Shown here piece by piece: positions 33,396 through 43,026 of a stretch of DNA of 44,269 nt. Each line of letters begins with the position of its first letter. Within the stretch, counting starts at the first letter, position 1. Below the pieces are notes generated by a model. It was not told the DNA's origin and did no database searches. It saw nothing but the letters and a program-made list of their open reading frames with translations. Origin of the DNA: Pseudogymnoascus verrucosus (lineage: Eukaryota); NCBI GenBank assembly GCA_001662655.1, contig KV460239.1. One strand, written 5' to 3'. The position numbers and the translations under genes are program-made.

Positions 33396-34622
33396 GCCAG
33401 TCATCATCATCATCGCCATGCATATTTTACGGATAGGGTCTACGGACCCACTCCGCCATTCTATCTTCGTTGTATATACGATATTTAAACTATTTTGCTT
33501 CACACATACCCGGGTTTCAGCGACAAGCGAAAACCCCTATTTTCACGACAGATTTATGGGATATTTTAGGATGAATTTTTTCTTTTTTTGAACGTCTTAT
33601 ACCCCCACCTTGATCATAATTCGGCCGGCAGGGATCGGAGAGAAAACCGGATTTTGTTTACATTCACAATTACGACTGGCCGCCCCAGGGGGTTTTTGGA
33701 GGCGTGCTGAGTTTTTATTATTTTTTATTTAGCTCTCTTGAGCATATTCTTACATTCTACGATTTTGAGCTTTCAGGATTTAGAGATTTTGGGACGGACT
33801 GAAGGGGGGAAGCACAAAATATGAAAAGATGAGATATTACGAAATTAGTGGAGATTGGTGGAAGTTATGAGGGATGTGCATGGCGCATCTCTCATATGTC
33901 ATCTATATGCTATATATAACCTACCTACAGTACCTTGAAGGGGGGATGGTGATATTTAGGTTAGAGAAATATAAATTTATAGACATTGAGATTGTTTATG
34001 TGATTCTGTTTGGTGAGTTGGTATTGTTGGGGATAAATGCGGTCGCCTTGATTGATTGACTACAAGTCGACCGTCGATCTACAACTGATTTTCTGACCGT
34101 TATATGAGGCAGCTTTCGGCCTGAGGCACCTAAGACCTCAACTTCTCTGAGTGAGGTTGGGCTGCATCACCTCCTGAGGCGGAAATAGAGAAGTTCGAAA
34201 GTGCGTATAGTTTTATAAAATGAAAAAATATTCAAGAATTAGGTGGTGATATATCCAAACCCTCGATGTGCGCATTCTCGCGCAGAATCGCGCAAATCAT
34301 TTCAAAAGTGCGCAAAAAGAGTGCTGGGCGTGAAGTTTACCGTTATCCCAATCAGGGGAGGAACATTTCTAATCAACGTGCGTATCCAAAATCACGTGTT
34401 CTCGCGTCCCTAGTGGCGCGTTACGGCGCGCGGGACTCGAGTTTCCCCGATAAGGCCATCCGACACAAAAGACCCTTGATAACCGCCAGCCTTGTCATGC
34501 ACCCTTCGCCCCCTCCGCCGACTTCATAAGACCACTTTCTTCCACTCCCCCCCCCATATCCATCCTCTATATCCCACCCCAACCACGACACCTCGAACAT
34601 GCAAGTACAATCAGCATAGAGC

Positions 34623-36226
34623 ATGGCCCTCCGCACCCCCCCAACAGACCTCGATAGCGACTACGGCTCTGATTTCTCCCCCGAAGACCTCGAGGTCCTT
34701 GATCGTCTCGTCGTCCAGACCCCATCTACCGTCGTCAGCGTCCCTGCACCGCCGACTCCCTTCTTTTTCTCCCGCGAGAACACACCGTCTGCTCGCCGCG
34801 ATGCGCATCCCCCGCGCTCACGCTATGTGGCCAGCATGCCGATCGCGTATGAGACTGAGCCCCTCGCGCCCCCCGCGCCCCCGGCAGTCAGTCGCAGCGC
34901 ATACCCAGGCGGCCCAAACGGCGCCATCTACCCGGATCGTGAGTCTCCCCTCTCCTCTCCCCCCTCCCGCACGCTGCTCTGACACCTGCTAAGCGGCTAG
35001 TCTCCGCCGCGCTCTCCTCGCTCAACGAACCCACCACCACTGCCTCTCAGCCTGAAGCACCCCCCACCGAAGCCCCAGTCCCCGACACCCGAACCCCCCT
35101 CCAACGCTACCGCTCCTTCCCCCGCAAAGCCCTCTCCGTCACCGACCTCGTCTCCCCCGCCTGGTGCGAGCTGCAATACTCCCTAACCCTCTCCCTCCAC
35201 GGCCGCAAGCCGCGCACCGAAGCCATGAAACGGGGAAGCGAGGTGCACGCCGCGCTCGAGGAGGAGGTGTATACGTCTGTCCAGATCGAGGTTGCGACCA
35301 AGGAGGATGCGTGGGGGTTGAGGGTGTGGAATGTTATTCAGGGACTGAGGACGCTGAGGGAGGCGGGGATGACGAGGGAGTTGGAGGTGTGGGGGGTGGT
35401 GGATGGGGAGGTTGTGGGGGGGGTGATTGATGAGGTGGGGTTTATGTGTCCGGATTTGGAGAAGGAGGAGGAGGCTGTGAGGGCGCTTGCGGTGGCGAGA
35501 GGGGAGGCGCTGCCGAAGCCTAGGACGATTCTGCCTACTGACCAGAGGGCGCTGGATGAGTATCTACATCCCACACCCCCACAGCTGGCGAAGAGGAAAT
35601 TGTACATTACAGATGTCAAAACTCGCTCTGTTGCCTCCTTACCCCGCGGCGCTTCGTTCCGCCCGACGAAGCTCCAACTCATGCTCTATCACACCCTCCT
35701 CTCCTCCCTCGCCGCGGGCGACTCACCCCTCTCCGCTGTCGCGGCCCGCTATGAGCTCGACACGCACGCGCAATTCAGTCCTGCGTTCGTAGCGCAGGTA
35801 GCCGCTCTCGCAGACGAGGTATTCTACGACGCCCCCTCCAGCGCCGAAGAAGTCGCCCGCGCTCCCGATCCCGCCGGCTCGGAACTATCACGCAACAACA
35901 CCCTCGAGAAGCTCTGGGCCGTCATGATGGAATTATTCACCGAAGTCATCGGCGAAGGCGGTCTAGGACGCGTGCTCCGCGCGGAATACCGCAGTCGCGG
36001 AACGGGAGGGGTGATAGGGGAGCAGGTTTTCCCTATGGATGAGGCGGTCTTGGGAGGGTATATAGGGCATGGGATGGGGTGGTGGAGGGGGGAGAGAGAG
36101 CCGGAGGGGGTGGCGGTGCAAGAGGCGTTTAAGTGTCGGAGTTGTGAGTTTGCGGAGGGGTGTGAGTGGAGGCTTGGGCAGGTGGAGGAGGCGAGGCGGA
36201 GGGCGAGGGGGGGGTGGAAGGGGTAG
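34623..36226 (+). CDS. EXO5: Exonuclease V (~513 aa, 2 exons)
   Basis: Exons 34623-34938 and 35001-36226. Motifs LSVTDLVSPAWCELQY, MKRGSEVHAALE, GVIDE, ITDVKTR, QLMLY and C-terminal KCRSCEFAEGCEWR (Fe-S cysteines). Confidence 0.92.
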
Positions 36227-36939
36227 AGGGCGTGGTGTGGAGTTGGGTTTGGGGCGTCAGGGCGTGGCGGCTGGGGATACCGGATACGGCGATGAGGAAA
36301 GAGAAGGGATTGGGTTTTGGGCAAGTATATAGGGAGAGAAATGTTTCTACTTCCCCTAACTTTGGTCTATAGATTTTCAAGATATAGAAATGGGATTTCC
36401 CAGAGTGCTGCCTGCATCCCATCCAGCTGTGATGGTTGCTCCAGTGGCCGAGAGACACGTCCTGGTGCTCGTCGATGTGTTCGCCGCCACCCCAGCGGTG
36501 GAGTCAGCTCCGCGCCCCTTTTTACAACAATGATTGGTCTCATACCCTAGCGACATCAAGCTCAACCGTTGAAGCTTCATCCAGCCTCGGGTCTCCCCGA
36601 GTAGAACCCTCGTAAACTTGGGATGGGACAATAAAAAACAGCCTGACAGGGCAGAATCCGCGCGAGTTAAAATCGTCTGGTAGAGCGCGTCAGATGTATA
36701 AATATAAAAACACATATCTTCCATTTTCGACTTCTGCGCTGTGCGTTGCCATGAAGCAGTGTTCGGCGGATCGTGATCCGGATCTGATCCTAAGCCCTCA
36801 CGGATTAGGTCATGATTATTTCTAAAGCACATGTTCCGGCCCAACCATGAGCCCAACCCAACCCAACCTAACGTAGTAGTGTAGAACAGTATCGTAGAAA
36901 ATTCAAATCTATAACCTACAACCTACAACTATAGCAATT

Positions 36940-37322
36940 ATGGCTACTATTGCTTCGATTAATCCATTTCCGCATGATGTGCGCACCTGCTTTTAAGGCC
37001 TATATGAGTAGTACTACCTACTATAACCATGAGCAATTTACACACGAAAAATGCCACCATATGCACGTAATACTCGATAATCCTACTACCTATATACAAT
37101 ACAATAAAGAGAGCTCAAACCTTAAGACACGCATACTCTCTAGCTTTATGCTTATTAATAATAAGCTATGTAAGTAAGGTGATAACGGCATCTGCACCCT
37201 AGAATTATGGTTCTAAAAGAAGAGGTGTTTGATATTATCATATAAGAACACCTTAAGCTTCTACATGTAGGCTAGAATAAGGTATAGCCTACTATAGAGC
37301 AATAGTACTATAGGATAAAGCC
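36940..37322 (+). pseudogene. RIP-like degraded fragment of an integrase-type (HHCC zinc-binding, Ginger/KRBA2-like) transposase gene
   Basis: The frame from 37201 reads VLKEEVFDIII*EHLKLLHVG*NKV*PTIEQ*YYRIK, resembling H-x4-H-xGRxK-xW...YYGI. All stops are TAA/TAG and revert by single transitions (CAA/CAG/TGG). There are frameshifts upstream and the region is TpA-rich. Confidence 0.65.
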
Positions 37323-37716
37323 TCCGATCTTGCAGCCTTGATCTTGCAGCCTTAATACGAACATGTCGTCGCTACTATAACTCCATGCAAGATATGCTAG
37401 GCATACTATATAAGGAGCAAGCAGTGCTCTAATGGGCAGCGATTGAATCAAAGAACAATCACAAAGACAGCAAGGGAACAAAGGCTTGCAACTCAAGAAG
37501 GAATCTTCGAAAACCGACAATTCACGGGGGCATAGCAACTCGTTCTACATTACTAAACTTTCGTCATTATTGCTCTATATCCTCTCAATTGAGTGCACAG
37601 TGACATATTTCCATTATGCTATGTAAAAAAGGTTAAGTTCTCGGAATTTGAGCCAACGCACTTTCATCCCCCCGACAGTATCTGGAGGAAGAGGCGATTA
37701 TCTGTTGTGTTGTGAC

Positions 37717-38176
37717 CTATTTCTCCTTTATGCACCTCTCTGCTGCGTCTTTAATGACAGCTTGAAGATAGTTGCCATCAGCTCGAAGGTTGTAGGTGCA
37801 GGTTCCACCTTCCTTGCGGGTAATGGTGACTTTGAGGGTACCGTCCTCATTGGTGTCATATGTGTAGGTGTAATGGACTCCGTCTTGTGTTATAGCCTCG
37901 CCTTTGCCATGGCATCGGGGATTGCTACCTCCAGTGATGCTGCTTACAATGCAAGCGGCGCTATCGAACGGGCTGTTGATGAGGTTGTCCCCTGAACCAA
38001 AGATGCCATGGGCTTGCCTTGCTTGCTCCTGATTAAGATAATGTTAGCGTTGATCCCTGAAGTAAGAAATATAATCTAGATGCCTAGCGGTTATGAAAAC
38101 TTACCGTTGGGACTGGGGTTGCTAATATAGCCCCAGCAAGGCTGGTAATCAAGGCAGCAATCGCGAATGACTTCAT
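37717..38176 (-). CDS. Small secreted protein (127 aa, 4 Cys, 2 exons), effector-like
   Basis: Exon 38176-38105 encodes MKSFAIAALITSLAGAILATPVPT (signal peptide). Intron 38104-38029 is GTAAGT..GCTAAC..CAG. Exon 38028-37717 encodes EQARQAHGIFGSGDNLINSPFDSAACIVSSITGGSNPRCHGKG...GGTCTYNLRADGNYLQAVIKDAAERCIKEK* and is open throughout. Confidence 0.82.
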
Positions 38177-39003
38177 GTTGTCCAAAAAGGTCACGTGTAA
38201 TTCAATGTAATATGATGTTCGTGTTAACGACAAGGGTGCTAATGGAAATGAAAGTTTGCGAATGGCTAATCTCTGCAGTTTCCATGCCACAGTATTTATA
38301 TTTTTGCCCGACTGTTAATTTTGCCTACTTGGTTGCCAATGGGCTGCGGTTCTTCCTTGACGCAGGTGTCCTCTTACAACATAAGACACTGTTATTCATT
38401 AGTGAGACTAAATTCCGTTAGCTTATCTGTGTATAGAGCAAGGATTTACATCAGCTCTACATTGTCTTAAACCACTTCTTACCTGCTGTGTTGAGAATGG
38501 CGGCGTATTGAGCGTTTGGTCTAAGGCAACGCAGAGTTGGTGTAGATCCTAGCCCATGGTTAAATCCCCCCACATATATTCCCGCACGATCATCATAATA
38601 AACACACATTCAAAGTGATAGGCGTGGAGATCTGCATAATGTGGCTCCGCACGCTTGGGGGTACGCTAGTCGAGAAAGTGTTGGCTCCCGAAGGTTCGGT
38701 TGCTCTCCCCGCATTGAAAAATGTGAGCTAGAGAGTTTAGATGTTACTGGAGAGCTAGTTGACTACTGAATAATCGATTACAGTTATAACAAAACATCGC
38801 TATCCTAGGTGAATGCTGATTTTGTTGTGAGGTAGTGGAGACCTAAGCCACCCCGAAGGCTAGTGCCAACACGGTTAGCGGGGGTTTCCATACTTGCTCA
38901 ATCAAGGGCCTAATCGCACGGAGTTGCACCTTTTCAACGTAAGGACCCAAGGAGCAATATCCCTTAGAGGTCATTTGGCCGTTTGTCGTCTAACACTAAA
39001 GGC

Positions 39004-39455
39004 TGTTGCGCTACTAAGGCGGTAAGGTAGTGTCTATGTGTCTAAGACAGTCCGATGTAAGAGTGAACCTAATAGGGCACTTACTATCAGTTGACCCTAG
39101 GTTGACCCTAGGTCTTAACCTAGCTGGCCACTGTCTGTTGATCGATCCTATATTTGACTCGGCTAGTTCTGTGTAAAGGGGAGTCACGTGAGGACGCCCC
39201 CACGTGCAGGACACGATAGGGCTTAGTAAAACTAGGAGCCTTAACATAAAAGGGACTAGAGGCGTAGGACTAAGGCCTCTAGTTAATAGTTGCTGTATCT
39301 ACGTAGACCTATTATGCTTACTAAATACAATACCCTTCCTACCTTCTAACCTAGTTCCCTAGACTTCTATAAGACCCTAGGCTTATGCTTTATAGTTCTA
39401 TTAACTTAACCTATATCTAGCCTACTAGGTTAGGATAGTAGGTGTAGGGGATACA
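39004..39455. mobile_element. Degenerate RIP-like repeat relic, possibly a solo LTR
   Basis: Strong TpA/CTAG excess relative to its flanks. TG...CA ends are possible (tgttgcg...gataca), with internal ATAAAAGGG and AATACAA motifs. No TSD found, so the boundaries are uncertain. Confidence 0.4.
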
Positions 39456-39589
39456 GCCTAATTCAGAAGGGTGGGTGCAGGGGTAGTGGCGGCCTGAGGC
39501 AGCGGCAAAATCCCTCATCGTGATTCAGGGGTGGTGGAGGTTATATTCGAAAACCACAAATCCTAATACTATTTTGGGGAATACTGGTC

Positions 39590-39632
39590 GTGGGCGACTC
39601 ACTTGTGTGGGCGACTCGCTTGTGAAATGCGT
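39590..39632 (-). mobile_element. Orphan terminal inverted repeat of a Fot1/pogo-family element
   Basis: Reverse complement is ACGCATTTCACAAGCGAGTCGCCCACACAAGTGAGTCGCCCAC, with an internal 17-bp direct repeat and TA at 39633-39634. It is 32/43 identical to the TIR at 43027. Confidence 0.75.
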
Positions 39633-39673
39633 TAATATAAAGTACATTATTATATTCTAGGCGGCGATCGAAA

Positions 39674-39768
39674 GCGAAATGCGAAAGCGAACTGCGAAAT
39701 GCGAAATGCGAATGCGAAAAGCGAGAAGCGAAATGCGAAATGCGAAATGCGAAGTGCTAGTGCGAAGT
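39674..39768. repeat. GCGAAAT-type heptamer array (~13 units) 200-300 bp upstream of RTA1
   Basis: gcgaaat gcgaaa gcgaact gcgaaat gcgaaat gcgaat gcgaaaa gcgagaa gcgaaat gcgaaat gcgaaat gcgaagt .. gcgaagt. Confidence 0.9.
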
Positions 39769-39968
39769 GCCAGACCGCCCCTAAAATAAGTATCAGATTG
39801 CATCAGGGTTTTTGGTCGTGGTTATAACTATTGAGGGATTTCTGTCAAATTCTCGTCGAAGCTTGTGTATTCAACATTGCTCACTTCGATCCATACCACA
39901 AGCTTCATTTGCACAGCCAATTGGCAAGCGAGATTCCAAGTGATAAGCACATTACAACATCTGTCACA

Positions 39969-40853
39969 ATGGGCGAGATCAATCCCTGGAGCTATTCGCC
40001 AAGCCCTGCGGCAGCGATGATATTCTTGATCCTTTTTGCAATCACTACCCTTTGGCACATCGTCATCATGTTCCGCCGCCACGCATGGTACTTCACCGTG
40101 CTGGTAATTGGCGGTGTCCGTACGTCTCCTCCTCCTCCTCTTCATTATCTGCTAGTATATCGCGGCAACGCTGACCGACTTCTAACAGTCGAGATTGCCG
40201 GCTATGTCACGCGCTACCTAGCCAGCAAGGAACAAAGCAACATAGCACTCTTCGTCGTGCAGACCCTGTGCATCCTTGTTGCACCCGCGCTCTTCGCTGC
40301 CTCCATCTATATGGTCCTAGGGCGTCTAATCACGCTCGTGCGTGCCGAGGCCTACTCGCCCATACGACCGACGTGGTTGACCAAGATATTCGTGTTGGGG
40401 GACCTCCTCTCCTTCATCATCCAGATCATGGGCTCTGGGATGCTGACAAACAATTTCACCCTTGGAAAGACAATTATCCTAATTGGCCTGATCGCCCAGA
40501 TCATCTGCTTCGGGCTGTTCGTCTTAGTCGCCGTTCTCGTCTCGCGGCGCCTAGCGCGAGACCCAACACCGATGGCGAAATCGCTAGATAGACGCAGCAG
40601 TAAGAACGGCTGGGTGGGTGTCATGCGCGTTGTCTTCTTTGCTAGCGCTCTGATCTTCATCCGGTCCTTCTTCCGTCTCATCGAGTTCACTGGCAATAAC
40701 GACTCTCCTCTACAGAAGAGCGAAGCTTACCTCTATGTTTGTGACTCGACGTTGATGTTCGGTGTTCTGGCCATTCTGATCTACTACCACCCGTCCGAGT
40801 ATGTGAAGGCACAGAGTGAAGTCTGGCAGGGTCAAGGCGAAGAACTCATATAG
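39969..40853 (+). CDS. RTA1: RTA1-family (lipid-translocating exporter) membrane protein (~271 aa, 2 exons)
   Basis: Exons 39969-40119 and 40189-40853, separated by a 69-nt in-frame intron (GTACGT..CAG). Motifs WSYSPSPAAA, LVAPALFAASIYMVLGRLI, TKIFVLGDLLSFIIQ, LIFIRSFFRLIEF and EAYLYVCDSTLM. Confidence 0.93.
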   Translation: MGEINPWSYSPSPAAAMIFLILFAITTLWHIVIMFRRHAWYFTVLVIGGVRTSPPPPLHYLLVYRGNADRLLTVEIAGYVTRYLASKEQSNIALFVVQTLCILVAPALFAASIYMVLGRLITLVRAEAYSPIRPTWLTKIFVLGDLLSFIIQIMGSGMLTNNFTLGKTIILIGLIAQIICFGLFVLVAVLVSRRLARDPTPMAKSLDRRSSKNGWVGVMRVVFFASALIFIRSFFRLIEFTGNNDSPLQKSEAYLYVCDSTLMFGVLAILIYYHPSEYVKAQSEVWQGQGEELI

Positions 40854-41203
40854 CAAGCAAACGCCAGAAGAGCTTGGGTACTGCGATATTTGAGTAGACT
40901 ATTTATCTTGTATAAGCATATAGCGCATTAGAGGCATTGCCATTGTATTTAATAGTTCCTACATTTGTCTATGCGAAAGATACACAGCTTTATTAGCGAT
41001 ACTGGTAGTCGTAGGCGAGAACGTTGCTGAAGCTTTTTTGTTTTGTTCTTAGATTAGAGAAATATGGTGAGGGTAGTGAATTTCTCTTAACGATTTGTAA
41101 ATCGTTGGTTGCATGGGAAAATAGAGTAGTTAGTTTGTCTCTGTAAATGCGCATTCAAATCCTCCTATCCTAGCTATAGTCGTATGTGATGTGATGTGAA
41201 TTT

Positions 41204-42543
41204 CTAAGCCCTATATATCGACAACGGGGGTGATTGTCCTCTTCCTGGTAAGCAGCTCACAAGCATCTGAGCTAGGGCAGTTCTGTCGTTCATCTGTAGT
41301 GCTATTTTTGGTACAGACATATACTCCTCCCATGTTGGATCAATGGTATTGTGTATTTCCTTAATGTCGTGACTAGCCACACCTTGGTAGGTCCATGTAT
41401 CTGGGAGAAACTTGAAGAGGGCTAGATAATATGCAAGTATAATGAGAGCTTGTGGTTGTGCTTGTCGAACCAACTCGACAAACTCGGATGATACCACGTC
41501 GAAGGCCCATGCCTTAATCTTTTTCTCCAACCATGACTCCTCGTAAGGGTGCTCTAGGACAGCGATAAGCCGGCCAAGCTCCGTTGCAGCCTCATGGAGA
41601 CCCTCGGGGTGCGCACAGTCATTCCCCTCTCTTGAAAGTGCGCGCTGAATATCGTCAGGTATGGCTCCTGGCCCTGGGATGTCGGCAAAAGATCCATAGC
41701 GGTTACCAGGAGACTCTATATCGTCTTGGCTGGCAGTGAGGGGAGAGTGCTGTCGAAGGGATGTTGGTGCATGGAAATTTCGCTGCCCTAGGGCGAGGAT
41801 CAGCCAATTAGCTGTCCACAGGCCGAATTGCTTAGTTGTACGGTCTGCTGCTAACGAGACTGTCGCAAGCAGGACGGATGCACCCCTAACAGCATTAAGT
41901 GTTTGCGGCGAGATGTCGGCAACGGCTCGGCGTAGAGTTCGCAAAGCCTGGTCCCGATAGAGATAGACGGGAAGGGTTTCTAAGGAGACGGGGTCTGTGC
42001 AGCCTAAGTGGATCATTGATACGAGGAGGATGGCGTCCATGAGAAATCCGTGCTTGAAGCCAAGTTGTGGAATGTCGACCGTCAACGCAATTGATACCTT
42101 CTCGGGGAACGTCCTAGCAAAGTACTGCGCTGTAAAGATACAGTAGTGATGTATCAGCCGAATATCCAGAAGGTGCTTAGCGCTATAATCTGGCCCTTCA
42201 GATAGTTGCTGGAAGCAGGGCACCGGCTGAGTATCGATGCGGTCTTCGAGTATTGAAGGGCTGGTCTGGACCGGGGAGTTGGCCTGCGTACTTGCCGGTA
42301 CGTTTGCCGCGTACAAGCATTCATCGCCGCGGCGGATGCCTATAAACCGATTAAAAGCCGCGAGAAACACTTTTAGGAGAGGCAGGCATACAACCAGCGC
42401 ATTGCGGTTTGACTTCGTCGCACTAGAGGCCTGTCAGCCGGTTATCCGCTCTAGGAAATGGGGTGACTCACCTTAACTCGCCTGAGTTTGCAGTTGTTGC
42501 AGCCTGTCCGAGACTTTCGATGTGAGCGAATACTGTGCGACAT
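41204..42543 (-). CDS. Zn2Cys6 transcription factor with Upc2/Ecm22-like architecture (~412 aa, 3 exons)
   Basis: Exons 42543-42472, 42422-42392 and 42339-41204. The spliced motif is [37 protein letters not shown]. Also DIRLIHHY and ALIILAYY. Confidence 0.9.
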
Positions 42544-43026
42544 TGTTCTTTGCACTATGTTGAGAGGAAAATTTGGGATCACTAGGGGGTGTATTGGTTC
42601 GTATAGTCCAAGGCTCACCGCCTTCCATCATTAAGACGCAGTATATTGCAACAAAATTATTTTTAGTGTGAGAGATCTCTTAAATATAAGGCTTAGTTAA
42701 GCTAATGCGTAAGCTAAAATCAGCTATAAATCTGTATCATGATATGTTTAAAGCGGGTGAAGCTTATTATATTACTTTGAGACGATGCTTGTTGTCACGG
42801 TAAGCACGTGACTAGGCATACGTAAGACAAATTGTTGTATGCTTAGTAATATCTATATAATCTAGATATATCCTTAGATCTCACAGATACACCAAAATTA
42901 TGACGGATAGGATAATAGGATATATCTAGATCATGATCTAGATCGGGTCGGGTCATCTACGATCTGTGCCGAACACTGCCATGAAGCGTATTCGCAAACT
43001 AGGAGTCCAATCCATAGCTATTATTA

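Larger units (their letters stand above)
36757..42978. mobile_element. Non-autonomous hAT-like DNA transposon (6222 bp) carrying cargo genes
   Basis: TIR CAGTGTTCGGC at 36757-36767 and its reverse complement GCCGAACACTG at 42968-42978. Identical 8-bp flanks CCATGAAG at 36749-36756 and 42979-42986. GATC/GGATC-rich subterminal repeats at both ends. No hAT transposase is seen inside. Confidence 0.85.

Noticed and set aside
36747..36757. 11-bp direct repeat TGCCATGAAGC as the TSD
   Set aside because: The extra matching bases overlap the TIRs (the terminal TG on the right and the first C on the left). With the TIR boundaries respected, the duplication is 8 bp.
36377..36856. 159-aa minus-strand ORF, or a gene disrupted by the hAT-like insertion
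   Set aside because: The ORF crosses the element boundary, so it is chimeric. The reconstructed empty site gives only a short frame (MDWTPSLRIRFMATHSAEVENGRY...) with no recognisable homology.
36757..42978. Starship element
   Set aside because: Too small, no DUF3435 tyrosine-recombinase captain at the 5' end, and the termini fit hAT instead.
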